This document shows, piece after piece, positions 29,516 to 38,449 of a stretch of DNA of 64,000 bases. The stretch is from assembly GCA_903833275.1 (NCBI GenBank), contig CAILEP010000006.1, positions 259,652-323,651 of the forward strand, given 5' to 3'. Numbering within the stretch: the first letter of the stretch is position 1; the number at the start of each line of letters is the position of its first letter. The notes under the pieces are model-generated. The model searched no databases. It saw only the letters and a program-made list of their open reading frames with translations, and was not told the origin of the DNA. This DNA is from an uncultured Bdellovibrionales bacterium (GTDB lineage Bacteria; Bdellovibrionota; Bdellovibrionia; Bdellovibrionales; UBA1609). A program made the position numbers and the translations under genes.

Positions 29516-30391
29516 ATGGATCAAGATCAAAACGAAGATTTTGAAATGCGACCAATCACGGCAGGGCTTGGTTTTCATAAGCGACCGGTGAGTTTGCGAG
29601 AACACGTCGCCAATTCGGGCATGGCGCAGCAGAATATGCGCAGAAGTTTGCCTGTCCCCCCGGCTGAAGAAATGCTTGAAGCCCCGAAGGGCCGAACATC
29701 AAAAGAGATTATTGCTGAACTTCACAGGGCGCTTGAGCCGAAAGCTGCCGGGCGCGAGGCCACGGCCGCATCTCAAGTTAAATTATCTGAAGCCTTGCCG
29801 CGTGAACAGCGCGACCTGCCGAGAAACCGACCCGAGATTAATATTCAGCGTGAGCGCAATTCAAACCCTGTAGATAAAATTGATTTTCAGATCCCGGATA
29901 AAAAAATGCGCGAGGCCAATACTGTTGGCACTCGGCGTGGGGCCCATGATGGTTTGACGAACCCTTTGACGCCCGTGTCGGTCAGTTTTGCATCACTCGC
30001 GCTTGATGGCATGATCGTGATGGCGATTGCACTTATATTTTTGGTCAGCCTTGTCACCGTGACGGGTATAAATTTAAATTCGGTGATTCACAGTGCGCGC
30101 ACCGAATTTGCGGCCCAGCTCAGCCTGATCGTGATGTATTTCGCAGTTTTTGAAATGTACATGATCGTGGCGCGCAGTTTTTACGGCCGAACCATTGGCG
30201 AGTGGACGTTCGATCTTCAGCTTGGCGACGACAAGCAGATTCAGCGGGCTTACTACCCCGCACTTGTGCTCTGGCGTTCAGTTTTGAATCTCATCACCGG
30301 TCTTGTGGTCTTGCCGCTGGTGTCGCTTGTTTTGCGACGCGATTTTGCGGCATCGTTTACCGGGCTTCAGCTGTATCGAAAGAACGTATAA
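29516..30391 (+). CDS. RDD-family membrane protein with a long cytoplasmic N-terminal region
   Basis: C-terminal 3-TM region with a GRTIGEWTFDLQL motif. ATG at 29516 chosen. Confidence 0.6.
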   Translation: MDQDQNEDFEMRPITAGLGFHKRPVSLREHVANSGMAQQNMRRSLPVPPAEEMLEAPKGRTSKEIIAELHRALEPKAAGREATAASQVKLSEALPREQRDLPRNRPEINIQRERNSNPVDKIDFQIPDKKMREANTVGTRRGAHDGLTNPLTPVSVSFASLALDGMIVMAIALIFLVSLVTVTGINLNSVIHSARTEFAAQLSLIVMYFAVFEMYMIVARSFYGRTIGEWTFDLQLGDDKQIQRAYYPALVLWRSVLNLITGLVVLPLVSLVLRRDFAASFTGLQLYRKNV

Positions 30392-30394
30392 ATC

Positions 30395-30862
30395 TTGGGC
30401 CGGGTATTTAAGAACAGTTCTGAGCTGGGGCAACACCTGGCGAGTATTCGTAAAGGCAAAAAAGTGGTCTTTACCAATGGCTGTTTCGATATACTGCACA
30501 TCGGGCACGTGCGCTATTTACAAGAGGCGAAAGCGCTCGGCGACTTTTTAGTCGTCGCCATCAATACTGATCAAAGTGTTAAAGTTATTAAAGGGCCATC
30601 GCGGCCTATCCAAAACGAGAGTGACCGAGCCGAAATATTAGCGGCCCTGGGCGCAGTTGATTTTGTGACCTACTTTTCTGAAGATACTCCCGAGAAGGTT
30701 ATTGGCCAAATCAAGCCCGATATTTTAGTCAAGGGCGGCGACTGGCCGGTAGATAAAATCGTCGGTGCAAAATTCGTAATGTCGTACGGCGGCGAGGTTC
30801 GCACGCTTCAGTTTATCGAGGGGCGCTCTACGACGAGTATTGTCGACAAGATGAAGAACTAA
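30395..30862 (+). CDS. D-glycero-beta-D-manno-heptose-1-phosphate adenylyltransferase (RfaE/HldE domain II, stand-alone)
   Basis: VVFTNGCFDILHIGHVRYLQEAK cytidylyltransferase motif and LVKGGDW. Apparent TTG start. Confidence 0.85.
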   Translation: MGRVFKNSSELGQHLASIRKGKKVVFTNGCFDILHIGHVRYLQEAKALGDFLVVAINTDQSVKVIKGPSRPIQNESDRAEILAALGAVDFVTYFSEDTPEKVIGQIKPDILVKGGDWPVDKIVGAKFVMSYGGEVRTLQFIEGRSTTSIVDKMKN

Positions 30863-30939
30863 TTAATTCGTTGCAGCCGGGCGAGACTAGATTTTTTAAT
30901 TATTCGGCCTATTATGTGATCAACCAAATGGGGGATTAC

Positions 30940-31560
30940 ATGGCTAAATCACTAAATAGAACATTCAGCAAAATTTCGAGCGCGATTCTAGCGGTCACAG
31001 CTATTGCAAGTGTCTCAGCTGCGGCTTACGTAAGCTCACCATCATCCGGCACTGATGTCGGCTATATGTTCGGTGTAAAAAACGCGAATTTCTCAACGTC
31101 GGGCAGCCCAGCCCCTACGTTCACTTCTGAAACCGGTCTTATGGCAGGGGTAATTGCAATTGGCGATTTAGGTAGTGGAGTGAAGTTTCGTTCTGGCGGT
31201 TATTACGCCGAGCGTACGGCCAAAACAACTCTCAGCGGGGCGACCAGCACAATAAAATTTAGCTACCTCGACGTGCCCGTAACGGCGCTTTATAAGTTTA
31301 ACGACATGGTCGGCGCGTTTGGTGGTCTTGCACTCGGCCTAAAGATTGCTGACTCTTGCACGGGTGACTCAACAGTCTGCTCAAGCACGACCGGCGGTTA
31401 CAATTTGCCAGCGAGTTTCATAACGGCTGGCCAATTAGGTTTAGATGCAAAATTTCACCCGAATTGGTCTGGCGAAATTTTTTACGAATTTGGATTGTCA
31501 GATATTTCACAAAGTACCAAAGCAAGTTCGATCAGCGCCGCTCTTATTTTTATTTACTAG
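30940..31560 (+). CDS. outer-membrane beta-barrel protein (OmpA-like/porin family)
   Basis: Signal peptide (AIASVSAAA), alternating beta-strand pattern and terminal aromatic residue (LIFIY). Confidence 0.65.
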   Translation: MAKSLNRTFSKISSAILAVTAIASVSAAAYVSSPSSGTDVGYMFGVKNANFSTSGSPAPTFTSETGLMAGVIAIGDLGSGVKFRSGGYYAERTAKTTLSGATSTIKFSYLDVPVTALYKFNDMVGAFGGLALGLKIADSCTGDSTVCSSTTGGYNLPASFITAGQLGLDAKFHPNWSGEIFYEFGLSDISQSTKASSISAALIFIY

Positions 31561-31588
31561 TTTGTTTTTTGCTTAGCAGGCTTGCGAA

Positions 31589-32365
31589 TCAATATCGCAA
31601 GCCCAATTTCGCGCTGTAAACCGGGTTGGCATAGCGGTCAATTTCAGCCGCTAAAAAGAAATTTGATATTTCAGTTTGAACGCCAATCAGCCCGTGTGTT
31701 TGGTGGTCGACATTGACGAGAGAGCGGTTGTCGCTCAAGTCTGAGTTGTTCGCGACATCGGTCAAATCGAGAATGCTTTTAGAAAAAACGTGTCGACCAG
31801 AAATTGTCCCCCCTCCCATATAGAGAGAGACGTGATTTACGTTTATACCGGCGATCAAATCGGCGCCGTAGTCTTCGCTCATAAATTGGTCACCAAAATT
31901 AATCGAATCATAATGCACGAGTGTCGAAAGAGTCAGCGGCAAGAATTGGCCTTCGAAAAAAGTCCATTTGATGCTGGCACCATAAGACGACACTTCATTC
32001 GCGCCTGAAAATGGGATGAAGTTCAAAAAAATATCGAGGCCGCCGTAGAGGCCTTTGCCGATCGAAAGGCGATCGACCTCAACGCTGCTCTGTGTGGCGC
32101 TGCCACTGCCAAGGCTTGAAAAATCAGAGGTATTTATAAATTCGGCGCCGACACCGAGTTCGACCCCAGAAAATCCACCGAGAGGGTAAGGGTTGCTTAA
32201 AAATTTATTGCTTGTGCCGTGCCCCAGAGCGTTTGAGAGGGTGGTCAGTTGTGAGTTTTTGAGATTTGTGGGTATTGAAAAGGCCCGCGCGCCATTGCTA
32301 AAAAAAAGAGCGAGGCAAAGGGCTGATAGCGAAAAAAAGCTATTTCTATAAATGAAGAGATCCAT
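31589..32365 (-). CDS. outer-membrane beta-barrel protein, hypothetical
   Basis: Signal peptide (FFSNGARA-FS), Gly/Ser-rich amphipathic strands and terminal LGLRY. Confidence 0.6.
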   Translation of the reverse strand: MDLFIYRNSFFSLSALCLALFFSNGARAFSIPTNLKNSQLTTLSNALGHGTSNKFLSNPYPLGGFSGVELGVGAEFINTSDFSSLGSGSATQSSVEVDRLSIGKGLYGGLDIFLNFIPFSGANEVSSYGASIKWTFFEGQFLPLTLSTLVHYDSINFGDQFMSEDYGADLIAGINVNHVSLYMGGGTISGRHVFSKSILDLTDVANNSDLSDNRSLVNVDHQTHGLIGVQTEISNFFLAAEIDRYANPVYSAKLGLRY

Positions 32366-32387
32366 CTCACAAGACTATATCCGAGAA

Positions 32388-33524
32388 TTAATGCGAGACA
32401 ACCGGAACTATAGTGTTGATGAGCATAAGCGATTGCTGGGCGGCATTTGCGATTGTCGCATTGCCTTTGTAGGTATTGATAACTTGTTCAAGTACGATCG
32501 GAAAGCCAGTATAGGCCCGAGCAAGAGCGGCGTGGGTGGTGGCACTAGTCGTGGCAGCGGTTGCCCCAGTTGTGGTGCCGGTCGAGCCAGTTGAGCCGGC
32601 GGCTGCTGGTGCGCGATTTGCGATGTACATCGTTACCGAGCTTTGCAATACGGCGGTGGCGATTTGAATGGTGGCCGCGTCGGTGAGATATGTTGTCATG
32701 ACGGTTCGAAGCAAACCGACCGTGCCGAGAGCTTCGTAGCTATTAAGTTCGGTTTGAGCTTGGCTGCCAAGTTGGGCCGACGGTGGGGCTTTTTCAACCT
32801 GAACTAAAAAGTTAAAACTCTGAGCGCTCGGCGCTTCGCCGGCCGCCGAAACAGCGAGATGCTGTTGTTGCGGATTTCGTTCAGCGATCAATGCGTCTAA
32901 AATATTATAAAAAATTTCGGCAGAAACCATGCCCGACTTATAGTATTCAACCAGCATCTGAACATTTTTTGGTGACGGAGCTGGTAATATTAACTGCGCC
33001 CATTCTTGATAGGTCATTGGGATCGTATTGTTTTTTGCGCCGCCGGCGTTCGCCACAGTCGTTGTCGTCGTGCCACCATCACCGTTCAATGAATCTTGAA
33101 TTGGTGTTTTCGGTTTTTCGGCATAATAGGGGCGAGTGTCGGCTAAAATATTTTTCTTGTCGTCGGTTTTGCCGCGCGCGCTTTTCTTTTTCTTCTTCTT
33201 TTTCTTGATGGTTTCTTTGCCTTTAGCATTTTCGGCCACAACTTTTGCGCCGCCAAAGTCATATTGATTAAATTGAGAGACGGTAGAGGGCCCACCTGCA
33301 AGCTTTAGCCCACCAGCGCCGCGGCCACGAGCGTTTGAGCGCGCGCGCTCTTCGTCCATCTCTTCATTTGAAACGTGGTACGGAGTATCGTCGATATCCC
33401 CAAGCGCCAAGGTGGCGTGTTCGGCGGCTTGAAATCGATTGTGCCGCATAGATTTGAGGCCCTGCACAAAGATAGCGAAGGCGGCGACAAGCAATAGGAT
33501 GATAACTGTCTGTTTGCGGTCCAT
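32388..33524 (-). CDS. membrane-anchored low-complexity protein (poly-Lys tract, Thr/Ala/Gly-rich segment)
   Basis: Single N-terminal TM (VIILLLVAAFAIFV), KKKKKKKKSARGK, and GSTGSTGTTTGATAATTSATT. Start chosen at the second ATG (33524), preceded by AGGAG. Confidence 0.6.
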   Translation of the reverse strand: MDRKQTVIILLLVAAFAIFVQGLKSMRHNRFQAAEHATLALGDIDDTPYHVSNEEMDEERARSNARGRGAGGLKLAGGPSTVSQFNQYDFGGAKVVAENAKGKETIKKKKKKKKSARGKTDDKKNILADTRPYYAEKPKTPIQDSLNGDGGTTTTTVANAGGAKNNTIPMTYQEWAQLILPAPSPKNVQMLVEYYKSGMVSAEIFYNILDALIAERNPQQQHLAVSAAGEAPSAQSFNFLVQVEKAPPSAQLGSQAQTELNSYEALGTVGLLRTVMTTYLTDAATIQIATAVLQSSVTMYIANRAPAAAGSTGSTGTTTGATAATTSATTHAALARAYTGFPIVLEQVINTYKGNATIANAAQQSLMLINTIVPVVSH

Positions 33525-33719
33525 TTGATTTGGTCTCCTACCCAACATAAAGGCAGTATTCGTGCCGCCAGTGCCAGTTCTAACCCGCTGAAATCACTGC
33601 ATTACTTACCCCCTCCAAAATAGGCCAAATTAGGGGGTGTCGAAAGTGCTGACACATAGACAAGGTGAGATAAGATCCTTAAGATTTTCAATAGGTTATA
33701 GGAGCATAAAGAAAACGCC

Positions 33720-34622
33720 GTGAGTGACAATCTTAGCAACAAGCACAGTAGCAACGTAGGCAGCGCCCTCAAACGCGCTCAACTGTCGAAATCGACGCAG
33801 GATTTTGCGCGATTGCTGACGGCGATTGAGCGCGCGGGCCCACAAGCATTAAGGTGCCAGGGTTTGCTGACGCCTAAAAGGCAGGCATATCGAGTGGGCA
33901 TAACGGGGCCCCCGGGTGCCGGCAAATCAACACTGCTCTCTGAGCTGTTAAAAAAATACACTAAAACAAATTTGAAAATTGGAGTCATCGCAGTCGACCC
34001 CACGAGCCCGTTTTCACAGGGCGCCATTCTGGGTGACCGAATTCGCTATGCCGAAGAGGCGCTCGGTGAAAATATCTTTGTGCGTTCATTGGGCACACGG
34101 GGCAGCTTGGGTGGCCTGGCCTCGGCGGTTTACCTTATGTTGCGGGCGTTTGACGCTTGTAATTTTGATTTAGTTTTTGTCGAAACAGTTGGCGTTGGCC
34201 AAGTTGAAGTCGAAGTTATGAATGTGGCTGACCAAGTAGTGCTTGTGTTGGTCCCAGAATCCGGTGATTCGATTCAGGCCATGAAGGCCGGGGTCATTGA
34301 AATGGCCGATTTGATTGTGGTCAATAAAAGCGACCGGCCTGGGGCTGAAACGTTGAAACGTGAACTTGAGTCGCAACTCAATCTTTTTGAAAATTCGGAT
34401 GCGAAAGTGATTTCGGCGTCAGCCCTGAATGGTGAGGGCGTTAGCGAAATTAGCAAGGCCATCGCCGAAATGAAAAAAGAAGGTCGGCAAAAAACCGAGC
34501 GGCAATCGCCCGAAAGATTGCAGGCCGAAGCTCTCGCCCTTAAGCGCTTTGAAATCGAAAATCAGGCGCGCCGTAAAACCCGAAATATTAAGACCGCCGC
34601 CGACCTCAAAAAGCTTTTCTAA
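33720..34622 (+). CDS. meaB: MeaB/ArgK-type G3E GTPase
   Basis: GITGPPGAGKSTL P-loop, VETVGVGQ and VVNKSD motifs. Confidence 0.85.
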   Translation: MSDNLSNKHSSNVGSALKRAQLSKSTQDFARLLTAIERAGPQALRCQGLLTPKRQAYRVGITGPPGAGKSTLLSELLKKYTKTNLKIGVIAVDPTSPFSQGAILGDRIRYAEEALGENIFVRSLGTRGSLGGLASAVYLMLRAFDACNFDLVFVETVGVGQVEVEVMNVADQVVLVLVPESGDSIQAMKAGVIEMADLIVVNKSDRPGAETLKRELESQLNLFENSDAKVISASALNGEGVSEISKAIAEMKKEGRQKTERQSPERLQAEALALKRFEIENQARRKTRNIKTAADLKKLF

Positions 34623-34711
34623 AAGGCTGACCTGAAAAATTGCTCCAAATGACTGTTTCAATTAGGGTCGGTGAATCTCAATAAGAGAATATAACGCATA
34701 GCATTAACTTT

Positions 34712-35107
34712 TTGCCCAGACTTCCGATGAGTCTAGTCGGTGGGAGGTGTGGGCGAGTGCGTGTAACTAAGCTTGAGCCACATGTGTTGGGCGGTCCTCC
34801 GCCTGATGTGGATGTGGATCTCTTTTTATCGGATCTTGATGAGCAATCACAGGACGTAGATGCGGCTCACGAGGTGACCGATCAGCCACTCGGTTCTGAA
34901 ACATCAGAGGGCGGAGGAGCCAACGAAGGCTTCGTTCGCCTGGCTGATTATCTAAAGAAAAAAATGGCCAAAAATGCCCTTAAGAAATACCCCAATAGTA
35001 TGCGTTCTGTTGCCATCCTAGCCTATCAGACTCAAATAGAGATTGGCCCCCATTCTGACCAAGAATCTGAGGTCGAAGAATTGCCTCATTTTGACGCCAA
35101 AGTTTAG
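34712..35107 (+). CDS. hypothetical acidic protein (doubtful)
   Basis: Open frame only. It has a non-ATG start in the ORF track, no clear RBS and no family. Confidence 0.25.
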   Translation: MPRLPMSLVGGRCGRVRVTKLEPHVLGGPPPDVDVDLFLSDLDEQSQDVDAAHEVTDQPLGSETSEGGGANEGFVRLADYLKKKMAKNALKKYPNSMRSVAILAYQTQIEIGPHSDQESEVEELPHFDAKV

Positions 35108-35175
35108 GCGCTTAAAAATCTGTTCAAAAAACCACCTGTCATTTTAAATAATTAACTATTTGCGTCATTTTTTAC

Positions 35176-35202
35176 TAAAGTCCTGACGCGATGCGACGAT
35201 AA
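35176..35202 (+). promoter_or_regulatory. sigma-28 promoter of flagellin 1
   Basis: TAAA-N15-GACGATAA (consensus TAAA-N15-GCCGATAA), about 87 nt upstream of the ATG at 35289. Confidence 0.7.
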
Positions 35203-35288
35203 GTGTTGTGACTGCTGAAATGAAACTGTCTGTGGGCACACCAGATATGACCCCGTGGGGGGGTCTCGAGATCTGGAAGGAGTGCTCT

Positions 35289-36116
35289 ATGTCTTTGAGG
35301 ATTAACTCAAACATCGCGTCTATTACGGCTCAGAGATACCTAGATAAGACCCAACGACAAGTGGACTCCTCTTTTAAAGCTTTGGCCTCAGGGTCGAGGC
35401 TCTCATCGCCTCAAAACGATGCGGCCGGATTTGCGATCAGTGAATTGCTGCGGGCGCAAGTCGCAGGTCTAGATCAGTCTGGGCACAATGCTCGGTCGGC
35501 GCAGGCGCTGATTCAAACTGCCGAGGGCGGCCTCAACGAACAAAACAATATATTGGTGAGAATGCGCGAGCTCGCGGTGAACTCGGCGAGTGATACGATC
35601 GGTGATAAAGAGCGCGGTTTTGTGAATGAAGAATTTCAACTTCTCACCAACGAATTCGACCGAATTTCAAAGGCCACAAGGTTTGGTACAAAAAGCCTTC
35701 TGACCGGCAGTGGTGAAGATTTCTCGTTTCAGGTCGGGCCCAACAAGGGTGAGGACAACGTAATCAAATTTAAACTCGACGCGAATACCACAGCTTCAAA
35801 CTCTGGCATCGATGGCCTTGATATTTCTGATAAAGGTGGTGCGGTCGACGCGCTCGGTGCCATTGACGAGGCCGTCAGTCACGTTTCGGGTGTTCGGGCC
35901 CGGCTCGGGGGAGTGCAAAGTCGCTTTCAATACGCCAGTGATAACCTCGACGTGCAAAAGCAAAACGTCGAAGAGGCAAGATCAATGATTGCCGATGTCG
36001 ATGTGGCTGAAGAAACCAGCAAACTAGCGAGAGCACAGGTGCTACAGCAATCAGGGCTGGCGGTGTTAGCGCAGGCGAACTCGTTTCCAAAAACATTGTT
36101 GAGGCTGATCGAGTAG
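35289..36116 (+). CDS. fliC: flagellin (paralog 1, 275 aa, short form without D2/D3)
   Basis: MSLRINSNIASITAQR N-terminus, NDAAGFAISE, and C-terminal ARAQVLQQSGLAVLAQANSFPKTLLRL. GAAGGAG RBS. Confidence 0.95.
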   Translation: MSLRINSNIASITAQRYLDKTQRQVDSSFKALASGSRLSSPQNDAAGFAISELLRAQVAGLDQSGHNARSAQALIQTAEGGLNEQNNILVRMRELAVNSASDTIGDKERGFVNEEFQLLTNEFDRISKATRFGTKSLLTGSGEDFSFQVGPNKGEDNVIKFKLDANTTASNSGIDGLDISDKGGAVDALGAIDEAVSHVSGVRARLGGVQSRFQYASDNLDVQKQNVEEARSMIADVDVAEETSKLARAQVLQQSGLAVLAQANSFPKTLLRLIE

Positions 36117-36220
36117 CCAACTTCACGGCGCCCTCGGCAGCTTAAGTGCCAGGCGCTTTTGTGGATTCATTTTCAATTCTAAGTTCATTTCGTGTACAGG
36201 GCGGGCAAAACCCTAGTTAT

Positions 36221-36258
36221 GGCCGTGTAGTCATTTAAGACTACACGGCCTTTTTTTT
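36221..36258 (+). terminator. intrinsic terminator after flagellin 1
   Basis: Perfect 12-bp stem GGCCGTGTAGTC / GACTACACGGCC with a 6-nt loop, followed by TTTTTTTT. Confidence 0.85.
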
Positions 36259-36453
36259 GCCTAAACGGGCCTTGTCTAAGAAGCTGAAGGCTCGCGACTT
36301 TGACCTAGACCTTGGTCAGTGCACGGTGAGTAATCGTCGATTTGGCCATTCGCCAGCTCCACCGAGCTAAATAACGCACAGCAATATTAAAATAAATTTC
36401 AGCTGCAAATATGAGTGAAAACATTCACTAGACGTTTCGCGTTATAAAACACC

Positions 36454-36467
36454 TAGACCAAGGTCTA
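36454..36467. promoter_or_regulatory. palindromic candidate operator TAGACC-AA-GGTCTA abutting the -35 of the flagellin-2 promoter
   Basis: Perfect 6-bp inverted arms. A related copy lies at 36301-36318 (TGACCTAGACCTTGGTCA) and a half-site sits in the promoter spacer (36474-36480). Confidence 0.35.
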
Positions 36468-36492
36468 AAGTTACCTAGACCAAAGCCGAGAA
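36466..36492 (+). promoter_or_regulatory. sigma-28 promoter of flagellin 2 (predicts a leader of about 230 nt)
   Basis: TAAA-N15-GCCGAGAA, a 7/8 match to the -10 consensus. Confidence 0.65.
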
Positions 36493-36728
36493 GTTACATG
36501 AACACGTTGGAGCACTCTTAAGAGTTTCATTTCAGCAGTCACTGTAAATGATTCTTTTAGGAGCTTAGAAGGTAAGGGGCGCTCGCCCCTGGCCTCCCAA
36601 GTTACCTCCAACACTAAATTTTAACTCGGCAAGGATTGCCAACTACGAACCGGTTTATCAGGCATGGGGCTTGATGGATTTAACAGTAGTGTCGCGCAGG
36701 ATGCTTTGGTGTCTGTTGGAGGGCTACC

Positions 36729-37556
36729 ATGGGCTTAAGAATTAACACGAACATAGCGTCGATTTCGGCTCAACGCCAATTGTTCAAGAACGAAAATCGC
36801 TTAGAGCACGCACAAGAAGCTCTAGCGTCAGGTAAACGAATTATTAATGCATCAGACGATGCCGCTGGTCTTGCGATCAGTGAGAACATCCGCGGTCAAG
36901 TTGCCGGATTAAAGATGGCAAAGCAGAACGCGCTTAACGCACAATCTGTGATTCAAGTGAGTGAAGGCGGTTTGAACGAAATTTCAAACATCTTCATCCG
37001 CATCAGAGAGTTGGGTGTGCAAGCAGCGTCTGACACAGTTTCAGATGTTGAACGCGGGTTTATCAATACAGAAGGTAAACAATTAATCACAGAAGCGGAT
37101 CGTATCGCTAAGTCGACACGTTTCGGTAACAAACAGTTGTTAAATAACTCTGGCGAAGATATGGAGTTTCATGTCGGCCCGTTTGGCGGCGAAGAGAACA
37201 TCGTGAAAGCGACAATCTCTGCAGATGCGACGACCTCAACTCTTGGAATGGACAGCATCGACCTTTCAGATAAGGGCGGCGCTCGCGATGCACTTTCATC
37301 GGTTGATGAAGCATTGGTTAAGTTGAGTAAAATTCGCGCCGACTTCGGTGCCGTTCAAAGTCGATTGGTGTCAGTGAACTCGAACACAGACATTCAGTTC
37401 GAAAACTTGTCAGCAGCGCAATCACGAATTGCAGACGCCGACATCGCTTATGAGAGTGCAGAGGCAGCGTCAGCTCAAGTATTGCATAACGCCGCGATCT
37501 CGACACTTGCACAAGCCAACAACAATGGCATGTCAGCAATGAAGTTGATCAACTAA
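36729..37556 (+). CDS. fliC: flagellin (paralog 2, 275 aa)
   Basis: MGLRINTNIASISAQR, DDAAGLAISE, and C-terminal AQVLHNAAISTLAQANNNGMSAMKLI. Confidence 0.95.
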   Translation: MGLRINTNIASISAQRQLFKNENRLEHAQEALASGKRIINASDDAAGLAISENIRGQVAGLKMAKQNALNAQSVIQVSEGGLNEISNIFIRIRELGVQAASDTVSDVERGFINTEGKQLITEADRIAKSTRFGNKQLLNNSGEDMEFHVGPFGGEENIVKATISADATTSTLGMDSIDLSDKGGARDALSSVDEALVKLSKIRADFGAVQSRLVSVNSNTDIQFENLSAAQSRIADADIAYESAEAASAQVLHNAAISTLAQANNNGMSAMKLIN

Positions 37557-37686
37557 GGTCATTCGGCTTGGGCGCTCGTCGCCCAGGTCATGAATTGAAT
37601 CCTTAGGCTTCAGCTAACTATATTATTTTTAGAAAATTTTAGAGTGAGGGGTAGCCCACAGACATACATCCTCACTCTTGAGCCCG

Positions 37687-37718
37687 CCCTGGGGACCCCA
37701 CGCACCCCAGGGTTTTTT
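37687..37718 (+). terminator. intrinsic terminator after flagellin 2
   Basis: Stem CCCTGGGG / CCCCAGGG with a 10-nt loop, followed by TTTTTT. Confidence 0.7.
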
Positions 37719-37750
37719 AAAAGGTGCCAAGCACTTTTGGGTAGAAATTA

Positions 37751-37999
37751 TTACAGCTCCTCAAACTCTAAAGCCGATGTCCGGCGATCTTTTCTCATAG
37801 GTGCCAATCGAAATTCCGCTCGCTTCAAGGCACGGCGGACGTTTTGGATATTCTCAGCGTCAGGCATTTCGTTAATCCAACTTAGCGTATCTTCGATTTC
37901 GCCCATTAGCATTTGGTCCGCCTCAATTGGATTAATTAGGGGTGACTGGCCCAAAAGTTCCGCAAACGTACTGTACCGGTATTCTTCTGCGGTCGACAT
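37751..37999 (-). CDS. small acidic hypothetical protein (82 aa)
   Basis: ATG-initiated ORF 18 nt downstream of the preceding minus-strand ORF. No family recognised. Confidence 0.4.
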   Translation of the reverse strand: MSTAEEYRYSTFAELLGQSPLINPIEADQMLMGEIEDTLSWINEMPDAENIQNVRRALKRAEFRLAPMRKDRRTSALEFEEL

Positions 38000-38017
38000 G
38001 ATTCGCCAGGGCGCCTT

Positions 38018-38449
38018 TTACAACATCCCAATTATATTCGTGAGGCGCTTTGTTTTTTTGGTGAAGACGCTCGATGAGCCTAGGCACCCGGTTTTTGATT
38101 CGCGGTGATCTTTCTTTTCGAAGGTCACGCGCACGTACGATTTTGGGCAGGTCGAAATATCGGCATCGCCACTCTCGTCATAGATATCATTGAGGGCTCT
38201 GAGAAAAAACGCCTTGCTGTTGCTTTTCAGTTTCTGCGTGTGGCCTTTAGAAAAACTGGCTTGCTTGCTAATCAGTAGATCGCCCGGCCAGCGCATATAA
38301 TAGATCTTTCGTTTGCTTCCGTCTGCGACTTCAACTCGCGCCGCTTGAAACCTGTTTTCGAAACGAGAAACAAAGCTGCTCTTTTCGCCGGCGACCGCGG
38401 CCTGCGCAAAATAGAGAGCAATGATGAAAGAGAAAATTGGCTTAGTCAT
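38018..38449 (-). CDS. secreted hypothetical protein (143 aa)
   Basis: Clear signal peptide MTKPIFSFIIALYFAQAAVA. No family recognised. Confidence 0.55.
   Translation of the reverse strand: MTKPIFSFIIALYFAQAAVAGEKSSFVSRFENRFQAARVEVADGSKRKIYYMRWPGDLLISKQASFSKGHTQKLKSNSKAFFLRALNDIYDESGDADISTCPKSYVRVTFEKKDHRESKTGCLGSSSVFTKKTKRLTNIIGML

Noticed and set aside
36630-36665. Possible sigma-28 or sigma-54 elements close to flagellin 2 (TAAATTTTAACTCGGCAAGGATTGCCAACTA)
   Set aside because: The -10 match is poor (GCCAACTA with a 19-nt spacer) and the GG/GC spacing is 8 nt. The upstream site at 36466-36492 fits far better.
37644-38108. 154-aa plus-strand ORF
   Set aside because: It overlaps both minus-strand genes (37751-37999, 38018-38449), one of which has a clear signal peptide. 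It also starts inside the flagellin-2 terminator region.
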